Shown here: positions 41,220 to 47,461 of the stretch, piece by piece
How positions within the stretch are numbered: position 1 is the stretch's first letter
Layout of the letters: each line of letters begins with the position of its first letter
Origin: Planctomycetota bacterium
Lineage (GTDB): Bacteria; Planctomycetota; UBA8108; SXIK01
Length of the DNA stretch: 64,000 nucleotides
NCBI GenBank assembly: GCA_965223265.1
Contig: OZ244999.1
Location: forward strand, 5,344,001-5,408,000
Reading direction: 5' to 3'
Translations under genes and position numbers: made by a program
Notes under the pieces: generated by a model
What the model was told of the DNA's origin: nothing
The model's database searches: none
Seen by the model: the letters and a program-made list of their open reading frames with translations, nothing else

Positions 41220-42314
41220 TTGAGAGAGATCCGCACGCATCCGACGAATCAACTGCGCTCGTACTTCGAGCTCGTCCGTGTCTTCTTGACACCTACCGCC
41301 GTGGCGGACAGCTTCGCAGGCTACGTCTTAGCGGCGCGGCTATTCGGCGTGCCGTCGAATGCGGAGAGACTGGATGCCGAGAGACTGGGGTTCGTGTGCG
41401 CGGTAAGCGTCGCGATCTATTGGTTCGGGATGATCTGTAACGATCTGTTCGATCTACCGAAGGACCGAGCCGCAAACGTCAACCGGCCGATCGTCCAAGG
41501 CCGCGTTAGCGTCCGTGGGTCGATCATGCTCGCTGTAGTGCTGGGGGCGGCGGCGCTCGCCATGGCCGCCTACCTGGGTGCATTGATTCCTGCTCTCGCA
41601 CTTGTCGCGCTTGTCTGCGCATACGACTTCGGCGGCAAGAGAATCCCAGTGGTTGGAAACATACTCATGGGGAGCTGCCGCAGCGGCAACCTGCTCATCG
41701 GCGCGTACGCCGCCGCAGGCAGCGACGCCCTCACTTCTTCCACGGTCATCGCGGCGGCCGCGATCCTCGGTGTCTATATCGCCGGCGTCACTGCGGTGAG
41801 TCTGCTGGAGGACTCTCCATTCGATGCCCGCCGCCTGGCGGTCAGTGCGGCACCACTCTTCTTGACGCCGTGCCTCCTCGCGGCGTTGAACTCAAGCCAC
41901 CTCTTCAACGTGCTCAACTCGATCGTTCTCGTCGTCCTGCTGGGCAGCGCACTCAACACCGCCCGGCGAGTCGGGGCTGCGAACGCCGCAGGGAGGTCGG
42001 GTCAGGAACTGGCTTCCACGGTCGCCAGCACCCCAGCCGAAGACACCCCCGCCGCGGCGCGAGAGATTCCAGCCAAGGAGAGCTCAACTGCCGAGCCAGT
42101 CGCGAACACCGCACCTCACGGCGCCGCCATTTTTGTTCGCCAGTCGCTCGGAGGGCTCTTTCTCGTCGACGCCGGCTGCCTGATGGCGCTCAGCCCGTCG
42201 TCGCCGACGGGGACGGCGGCGTTCGACCAGCAAGCCGCAATCCTCTACGCCCTCTTCGCCCTGGGCTGGGCGTGGAAACGGCGCTGGATACGCCAGGGTT
42301 CACAAGGTTCGTAG
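41220..42314 (+). CDS. UbiA-family prenyltransferase
   Basis: GMICNDLFDLPKDR...RPIVQGRV motif, multiple TM helices. Confidence 0.88.
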   Translation: MREIRTHPTNQLRSYFELVRVFLTPTAVADSFAGYVLAARLFGVPSNAERLDAERLGFVCAVSVAIYWFGMICNDLFDLPKDRAANVNRPIVQGRVSVRGSIMLAVVLGAAALAMAAYLGALIPALALVALVCAYDFGGKRIPVVGNILMGSCRSGNLLIGAYAAAGSDALTSSTVIAAAAILGVYIAGVTAVSLLEDSPFDARRLAVSAAPLFLTPCLLAALNSSHLFNVLNSIVLVVLLGSALNTARRVGAANAAGRSGQELASTVASTPAEDTPAAAREIPAKESSTAEPVANTAPHGAAIFVRQSLGGLFLVDAGCLMALSPSSPTGTAAFDQQAAILYALFALGWAWKRRWIRQGSQGS

Positions 42315-42756
42315 GGCGAGAGCTCTGCAAGGACGTCGCCCTCGAGAACGTCTTGGTGCCTGACCGTAACGCCGCAAGCTCGACCATCTGCCATCTCGCG
42401 CCGGCCTGGCCCAGTTCGGGATTCCAAAGCCCGTGAGAGTTTTTCATCACCCCCGAGGAACGTTGTGGGGTCCAGAAGGCGCGGTCCCGCCTCTCGAGGA
42501 AAACCCCCGCCAGCCTCGCTCCTGCGCCACACTGGCGGCAAGATCGTGCCCGAGTCGCTTGTGGGTCTCGACGCCAGATGGCCGAACTCGAGCGGACTGC
42601 TTGACAGACCCTGGGTACGCACGCCATCCTCCTCAACACCACGGTAGTCGCCCGCGTTCAAGAGGCGTTCGGCACTCCAGTCTCGTCAACCTCCCTGCGG
42701 TAGGCGCCGCGAAGCGACTTCCCGGAGAGACTCACGATCGCAACGAAAGGATCACC

Positions 42757-44031
42757 ATGAAAATCCTCGTTCTCGGCTCGGGCGGCCGCGAACATGCGCT
42801 GGTGACGGCATTCGCTCGCTCGCCTCAAAAGCCGCAAGTTTTCTGCTCCCCTGGCAACGCGGGCATTCACGCCGAGGCCGACGCGCTCGAGGTCAGCCCG
42901 CACGGTGCTGTGGCGCACGGCGACCTCATCGAGGCGGCTCGTCGCGAACGGATCGACCTGACGATCGTTGGTCCCGAAGCTCCCCTAGCGGCCGGTATCG
43001 TCGACGACTTCGAATCGGCGGACCTGAGAATCTTCGGGCCGGATGCGCAGGCGGCCCAGCTCGAGGGCAGCAAATGCTTCACAAAGGAGTTCCTCGCGCG
43101 TCACGATATCCCGACCGCGGCGTTCGAGATCTTCGAGGACGCTCCGGCAGCATACGCCTACATCGAGAAACGCGGCACGCCGATCGTCGTCAAAGCGGAT
43201 GGCCTCGCCGCCGGCAAAGGGGTCGTGGTCGCTCAAGACATGGACGCGGCGTGTCAAGCCGTCGATTCCATGCTGGTCGAAGGCGACTTCGGTGACGCCG
43301 GCCGACGCGTCGTCATCGAGGACTGTCTCCGCGGCTCGGAAATTTCGCTGTTCGCGATTTGCGATGGCACCGACTACGTCCTGCTCGAGACCGCGCAGGA
43401 CTATAAGCCGATCTTCGACGGCGACCGTGGCCCGAACACCGGCGGCATGGGGACGTACTCTCCTTACTATGCCGTGCACGATCCAATCGTCGTCGAGGCG
43501 CGACGGCGCATCATCGAGCCCACGCTGGCAGGCATGCAGAAGGAAGGCCATCCGTTTCGCGGCATTCTGTACGCAGGGCTCATGCTCACCCCTTCAGGCC
43601 CACAGGTCATCGAGTTCAATGTCCGTTTCGGCGACCCAGAGGCACAGGTGATCCTGCCGCGGCTCCTGAGCGACCCGCTCGAGCTCTTCGAGCGGGCTGC
43701 CGTCGGCGAGCTCGCAGGATACGAGCCACGCTGGGATCCACGTCACAGCGTCTGCGTCATCGCGGCATCAGGCGGCTATCCAGGGAGCTACGCCAAGGGT
43801 CGCAAAATCACCGGCCTGGAGGCGATCAAAGATCCGCTGGTGAAGGTGTACCACGCGGGCACGGCGCGCGATCACGACGGCGACCTGATCACCAGCGGCG
43901 GACGCGTTCTCGGCGTCACGGCGCTCGGGGACGATCGTCAGGCCGCACGCGCTCGAGCATACGCTGCGATGGCGCACATTCAGTTCGACGGTGTGCAGTA
44001 TCGGCGCGACATTGCGAGCGGAGAGCGTTAG
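42757..44031 (+). CDS. purD: Phosphoribosylamine--glycine ligase
   Basis: MKILVLGSGGREHAL, GPEAPL, KADGLAAGKGV, PNTGGMG.YSP, EFNVRFGDPE, TSGGRVL. Confidence 0.98.
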   Translation: MKILVLGSGGREHALVTAFARSPQKPQVFCSPGNAGIHAEADALEVSPHGAVAHGDLIEAARRERIDLTIVGPEAPLAAGIVDDFESADLRIFGPDAQAAQLEGSKCFTKEFLARHDIPTAAFEIFEDAPAAYAYIEKRGTPIVVKADGLAAGKGVVVAQDMDAACQAVDSMLVEGDFGDAGRRVVIEDCLRGSEISLFAICDGTDYVLLETAQDYKPIFDGDRGPNTGGMGTYSPYYAVHDPIVVEARRRIIEPTLAGMQKEGHPFRGILYAGLMLTPSGPQVIEFNVRFGDPEAQVILPRLLSDPLELFERAAVGELAGYEPRWDPRHSVCVIAASGGYPGSYAKGRKITGLEAIKDPLVKVYHAGTARDHDGDLITSGGRVLGVTALGDDRQAARARAYAAMAHIQFDGVQYRRDIASGER

Positions 44032-44073
44032 GTCGCCAGACGTACGTTCTGAACCAGTGACGCATCACTCGAA

Positions 44074-44112
44074 CAGAAATGCGCGTAGACCTCTGGCGCG
44101 CGTTTCTGCTTT
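44074..44112. terminator. Hairpin between convergent purD and tRNA array (possibly bidirectional terminator)
   Basis: CAGAAATGCGCG-TAGACCTCTGG-CGCGCGTTTCTG. Confidence 0.55.
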
Positions 44113-44119
44113 AGAGGCG

Positions 44120-44191
44120 TGACCCCACCGGGAATCGAACCCGGTCCTCCAGGTTGAAAGCCTAGCGTCCTACACAGTAGACCATGGGGCC
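44120..44191 (-). tRNA. tRNA-Glu(TTC), no encoded CCA
   Basis: GGCCCCA...CTAGG-CT TTC AA-CCTGG...CCGGG-TTCGATT-CCCGG-TGGGGTC-A. Confidence 0.88.
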
Positions 44192-44195
44192 ACGG

Positions 44196-44271
44196 TGGTG
44201 ACCCCGGCGAGAGTCGAACTCGCGTCTCCGGATTGAGAGTCCGGTGTTCTGACCAACTAAACTACGGGGCC
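44196..44271 (-). tRNA. tRNA-Glu(CTC)
   Basis: GGCCCCG...CCGGA-CT CTC AA-TCCGG...GCGAG-TTCGACT-CTCGC-CGGGGTC-ACCA. Confidence 0.92.
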
Positions 44272-44312
44272 ACGGTGAAGTCGTGTGCGCTCGCGTAGTT
44301 GCTGGTGAAAAA

Positions 44313-44387
44313 TGGCGGCGGCGGCCGGAGTCGAACCTCCGTAGCTGGGCTTATGAGGCTCAGCAGGCAACCAACAGCCTCACCGCA
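44313..44387 (-). pseudogene. Degenerate tRNA-Met(CAT), initiator-like
   Basis: CT CAT AA loop, 1:72 mismatch, encoded CCA, but an A.C mismatch in the anticodon stem and two T-stem mismatches. Confidence 0.7.
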
Positions 44388-44484
44388 CCAGGGTAGAAAG
44401 CACCTACCACTCGAGAGCGCGCGTTCTGCGCTCCCGTTCATGAAACTGGAACTTGTGGAAGTGGTTCATGGCCACGGCTGAGGT

Positions 44485-44524
44485 TTGCGGTTTACGAGAC
44501 AGCAGCTCTGTGAGCTACGCAGGC
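44485..44524 (-). pseudogene. 5' remnant of tRNA-Thr(CGT)
   Basis: GCCTGCG-TA-GCTC-ACA-GAGC-T-GCTGT-CT CGT AA-ACCGC; D loop collapsed, T arm absent. Confidence 0.6.
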
Positions 44525-44536
44525 AAAGGAAAAGAG

Positions 44537-44613
44537 TGGTAGGGCCGGGTGGATTCGAACCACCAACAACCAGGCTCTCGACCTGGTGCCTCTGCCAGTT
44601 GGGCTACGACCCC
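44537..44613 (-). tRNA. tRNA-Leu(GAG), short variable loop, C at position 33
   Basis: GGGGTCG...CCAGG-TC GAG AG-CCTGG-TTGTT-GGTGG-TTCGAAT-CCACC-CGGCCCT-ACCA. Confidence 0.82.
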
Positions 44614-44623
44614 AGAGTGTTTC

Positions 44624-44701
44624 TGGTGGAGGTGGTGAGATTCGAACTCACACGTAACGAGATTCTAAATCTCGCGCCTCTGCCAGTTGGGCTACACCTC
44701 C
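44624..44701 (-). tRNA. tRNA-Leu(TAG), short variable loop
   Basis: GGAGGTG...CGAGA-TT TAG AA-TCTCG-TTACGT-GTGAG-TTCGAAT-CTCAC-CACCTCC-ACCA. Confidence 0.9.
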
Positions 44702-44798
44702 ACGTTACTGTTCGGCGCTTGGGCTCCGGATGAGCGGCGGGATGATTGCGTGCGTACGACTCCTTTCAAGAAGGGGAAATCGACTTTTTTCGAATGAG

Positions 44799-44864
44799 TA
44801 CCCGTGGAAGGATTCACCCGCGAGGTTTTAAGCCTCGCCGCTCTGCCAGTTGGCGCACACGGGT
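44799..44864 (-). pseudogene. tRNA-Leu(TAA) with deletion in the T arm
   Basis: Intact acceptor ACCCGTG/CACGGGT and CGAGG-CT TAA AA-CCTCG arm; 5' T-stem strand and TTC missing. Confidence 0.75.
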
Positions 44865-44873
44865 ACAAAAGCG

Positions 44874-44945
44874 GTGGAGACCGGGAATCGAACCTGACAC
44901 AGGAGGTTTGCGACAGCTCCTCTCCCCCTTGGCACATGGGCCCCC
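44874..44945 (-). pseudogene. Degenerate tRNA, probably Cys(GCA)
   Basis: TCAGG-TTCGATT-CCCGG T arm, GCAAA-CCTCC anticodon 3' side, disrupted acceptor and D arm. Confidence 0.55.
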
Positions 44946-44953
44946 AAGTGAGA

Positions 44954-45010
44954 GTGCCCGAGGCAAGAGTCGAACGTGCAACTAGCTGGGTTTAACGAGT
45001 CTGCTACGAG
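44954..45010 (-). pseudogene. 3' remnant of a tRNA (isotype uncertain, Leu-like)
   Basis: TTAAACCCAG-CTAGTT-GCACG-TTCGACT-CTTGC-CTCGGGC-A; 5' half lost. Confidence 0.5.
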
Positions 45011-45025
45011 CCCACACTGCTTCGA

Positions 45026-45117
45026 TGGCGGAAGGCCTGGGAATCGAACCCAGAGGACCGCACGCAGTCCCACGGTTTAGCAAACCGCTCCGGCTAACCA
45101 ATATCCGGCTACCTTCC
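45026..45117 (-). tRNA. tRNA-Ser(GCT)
   Basis: GGAAGGT...GCGGT-TT GCT AA-ACCGT, long variable arm, CTGGG-TTCGATT-CCCAG, GCCA end. Confidence 0.92.
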
Positions 45118-45119
45118 AA

Positions 45120-45213
45120 TGGAGGAAGGTAGAGGAGTCGAACCCCCGACGACACATGACACGCCGCCGCCCCGGTGTTCAAAACCGGTTCGCTACCACT
45201 AGCGATACCTTCC
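45120..45213 (-). tRNA. tRNA-Ser(TGA), atypical D arm, U73
   Basis: GGAAGGTA-TCGCTA-GTGG-TAGCGA-A-CCGGT-TT TGA AC-ACCGG, long variable arm, GGGGG-TTCGACT-CCTCT-ACCTTCC-TCCA. Confidence 0.85.
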
Positions 45214-45220
45214 TTTTTCC

Positions 45221-45296
45221 TGGTTCGCCCGAGAGGACTCGAACCTCTAACCTCAGCGTTCGTAGCGCTACGCTCTTCCAGTTGAGCTACGGGCGA
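45221..45296 (-). tRNA. tRNA-Arg(ACG)
   Basis: TCGCCCG...TAGCG-CT ACG AA-CGCTG...AGAGG-TTCGAGT-CCTCT-CGGGCGA-ACCA. Confidence 0.93.
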
Positions 45297-45305
45297 AGAA
45301 TTCTC

Positions 45306-45381
45306 TGGCTGGCCCGGTAGGGATCGAACCTACGACCTCCGGGTTCAAAGCCCAGCGCTCTTCCAGTTGAGCTACAGGCCA
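45306..45381 (-). tRNA. tRNA-Gln(TTG)
   Basis: TGGCCTG...CTGGG-CT TTG AA-CCCGG...GTAGG-TTCGATC-CCTAC-CGGGCCA-GCCA; U1-A72, G73. Confidence 0.92.
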
Positions 45382-45390
45382 GCAAATACT

Positions 45391-45466
45391 TGGCACGCCC
45401 GCGAGGAGTCGAACCTCGAACCGGCGGATTTGGAATCCGCTGCGCTACCAGTTGCGCCACGGACGC
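45391..45466 (-). tRNA. tRNA-Trp(CCA)
   Basis: GCGTCCG...GCGGA-TT CCA AA-TCCGC...CGAGG-TTCGACT-CCTCG-CGGGCGT-GCCA. Confidence 0.93.
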
Positions 45467-45479
45467 ATGCACGAGCAAA

Positions 45480-45491
45480 TTGTCAAAGAAC
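45480..45491 (-). promoter_or_regulatory. boxA-like Nus antitermination site
   Basis: Minus strand GTTCTTTGACAA, 13 nt upstream of tRNA-Trp; fits the rrn boxA pattern GYTCTTTRAMAA. Confidence 0.65.
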
Positions 45492-45557
45492 ACGTTTCCT
45501 TCCATCACGGCGTGAGCCGCTTCGTGAAAAAGAAGAGTCACGTCGGACTCGCAAGTT

Positions 45558-45639
45558 TGGCGCAGACGCGGGGAATCGGACCCCGAGCTGCGGGATAGAC
45601 AATCCACCAAGATGCCGTTGCACCTTGCACCACGCCTCC
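45558..45639 (-). pseudogene. Degenerate tRNA-Asp(GTC)
   Basis: GGA-TT GTC TA-TCC loop, GCCA end, but T loop TCCGATT, G.G mismatch in acceptor, distorted D arm. Confidence 0.7.
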
Positions 45640-45710
45640 ATAGGCGCTCGTGCGACGGTGAACTCTTCAGTAGAGTCGCGGGAGAGTGAAGGTCTCGTTC
45701 TCTGGGGTCC

Positions 45711-45869
45711 CTACGACCGCAGGGAGAGAAGAGACAGGCGCCGCCTATTCCAGGACGGACAGGCGCACTGCCAGATAGCGAGACTATCGTGGCGTTCCAA
45801 GACCATGGCCGCTCTTTGGTGGGCGGCTTCGCGTGAGTGCGAATTGAGGTTGGTCTTCGGCTTGGTCAT
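45711..45869 (-). CDS. Putative 52-aa leader peptide upstream of the tRNA array
   Basis: MTKPKTNLNSHSREAAHQRAAMVLERHDSLAIWQCACPSWNRRRLSLLSLRS*; below ORF-track cutoff; stop inside a long hairpin. Confidence 0.35.
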   Translation of the reverse strand: MTKPKTNLNSHSREAAHQRAAMVLERHDSLAIWQCACPSWNRRRLSLLSLRS

Positions 45870-45881
45870 GACTTAACTTAA

Positions 45882-46060
45882 CAGCCCGTTGAAAAAAGTC
45901 ATTCGGCCGAAGAAACTGGCCTCTTCACGCCCAGCTCGACCGCGTCAATACTCGCCATCAGAATCGAAAAAAGAGGGCCCGAAGATTGCCTCCGTTTGCC
46001 GCAGCCGATCTGGACGCGAAGAGACCAGTTTTCGGCTCGAAGCACTTTTTCAACAGGCTG
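45882..46060 (+). mobile_element. MITE copy 4 (best preserved, 179 bp)
   Basis: TIRs CAGCCCGTTGAAAAA / TTTTTCAACAGGCTG (14 of 15 match), TTAA on both flanks. Confidence 0.88.
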
Positions 46061-46062
46061 TT

Positions 46063-46113
46063 AATAGACGACGCTCGGGGGTCGTCTATTGCACATTTTT
46101 TGAAAAAAATTTC
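46063..46113 (-). promoter_or_regulatory. Candidate ECF-type promoter with palindrome and A/T tract
   Basis: Minus strand AAATTTTTTTCAAAAAATG-TGCAAT-N17-CGTCTA; perfect inverted repeat AATAGACGAC-N8-GTCGTCTATT. Confidence 0.45.
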
Positions 46114-46231
46114 TTGGGGTTTCTCTCGGGCACGACGCTGCGCGCTGTGGCGAGCCATTCCGTCTCGGGGCCAGCAAACACAGCGACCACGGACGGTGGA
46201 AGAAGACGCCAAAGCTGACGAAAGCCGCGTG

Positions 46232-47461
46232 TCAGTCCTTCGATTTCCCGCGTCGTTTCTTCTTCCCGCGCTTTTTCTTCTTGCCCTTCTTCTCGGCCTT
46301 GCCGTCCTTATCGGCTGTGGCCGCGGCCTTGCCGTCATCGCCCTCGTCTTTCTTCGCGTCACCCTTCTGGGCATCGCCGTCTGACGGTTTTGTCGCCGGC
46401 TTCTTTGCTGTATCCTCTTTTTTGGTCTCGGGGCAGGCCGACGCGAGGATCGCGGAGACAACCCGGTTCAGCGCCGCACGGTCGACGGGATCGGCGTAGC
46501 CGGCGTCAAATCCTTCGAGTTTCGCTTTCTCGCGTCTCCCATCGAACTTGAAGTCTTCTTCCTCGAGCGACTTCATGAAAGCCTCTTGGCGCTCGACGCA
46601 CGTCTTCGAAACCATGCGACCGAGTTTCAGCAGCTCAATGAACGCCTCCGACGTGTTGCGCAGCAACTGTTGACGATTCATCTGCAGCTTCAGAATGTCG
46701 TTTTGCACTTTGGCCTGCGAGGTCCGCCAGTCCAGGACTTTCCGACGCAGCTTGCGCAGGTCGACGTCGACTGCCTCTTCAGACTCTTCATCAGGCTCAA
46801 CCTCCGCCATGATCTTCGAAAAATCTTTGTAGTTGTTGATCAAGCGGTCGATGAACTTGCCGTAGACGTCGCACGCCTCCTTCACCAATTTGTCGAGTTC
46901 CTCGCGACTGCCGACAAGGAGGGGCGTGTCCCGAAATGTGAACGGCCATGGAGCGTCCTTAGTCTTGTACGCCTTTGAGATCTGACGCTTGACAGCGGCG
47001 TTCTGCTTTTTGGGGTCGAGCTCCACCTTGACGTAGTACGCGTCGATCTCCGGATCGATCGATGGATCAAGGTTGCCCCTGGGTGTCCACTCCAGCGTCA
47101 AGTTGCGCTTTTGGGCGCCGGCAACTTCGTATTCCTTCACACCACCGTCGACGAGCGCACCGCGGTTCACCAAATTGAAATCGATCTTCGCCCCAGCTGG
47201 CAGGCTCTTCGACAAGTGAAAGGTGATCTCGATCGTCGTCCGCCCTCGTCCGGTGCGCGCGATCTGCTTGACTCCCTGCAGATCGATCAGCGGCTCATAG
47301 CCGTCGTAGCTCAGCGCTTTCCGGTCCTTCTTTTTCTTGGCTTTCGCCTTCCCCTGACCTTCCGTTTGCGACGCGACGCCGAACATTAACAAACCGCACA
47401 GCGCCGCACAGACGAACCGTGAGCTCTGAGTCAGCATGGAATGAGACCTCCTCGCAGTCAC
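46232..47461 (-). CDS. Exported hypothetical protein, Lys-rich termini
   Basis: Signal-like FVCAALCGLLMFGVASQTEG; coupled (GTGA overlap) to the upstream giant pilin gene. Confidence 0.75.
   Translation of the reverse strand: MTARRSHSMLTQSSRFVCAALCGLLMFGVASQTEGQGKAKAKKKKDRKALSYDGYEPLIDLQGVKQIARTGRGRTTIEITFHLSKSLPAGAKIDFNLVNRGALVDGGVKEYEVAGAQKRNLTLEWTPRGNLDPSIDPEIDAYYVKVELDPKKQNAAVKRQISKAYKTKDAPWPFTFRDTPLLVGSREELDKLVKEACDVYGKFIDRLINNYKDFSKIMAEVEPDEESEEAVDVDLRKLRRKVLDWRTSQAKVQNDILKLQMNRQQLLRNTSEAFIELLKLGRMVSKTCVERQEAFMKSLEEEDFKFDGRREKAKLEGFDAGYADPVDRAALNRVVSAILASACPETKKEDTAKKPATKPSDGDAQKGDAKKDEGDDGKAAATADKDGKAEKKGKKKKRGKKKRRGKSKD

Noticed and set aside
44702-44798. tRNA-Lys remnant in this spacer (and a Gly remnant near 44450)
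   Set aside because: Only short suggestive fragments; too degraded to call
45120-45213. Bona fide tRNA-Sec (selC)
   Set aside because: Anticodon is TGA not TCA, acceptor plus T branch is 12 bp not 13, U73, and no sel genes nearby
44299-45876. ORF-track proteins over the tRNA array
   Set aside because: Sequence is explained by tRNA cloverleaves; the translations are not protein-like
44040-46230. Prophage/ICE or large ncRNA (GOLLD/ROOL) hosting the tRNA array
   Set aside because: No integrase, att repeats or phage genes seen, and no gap long enough for those RNAs
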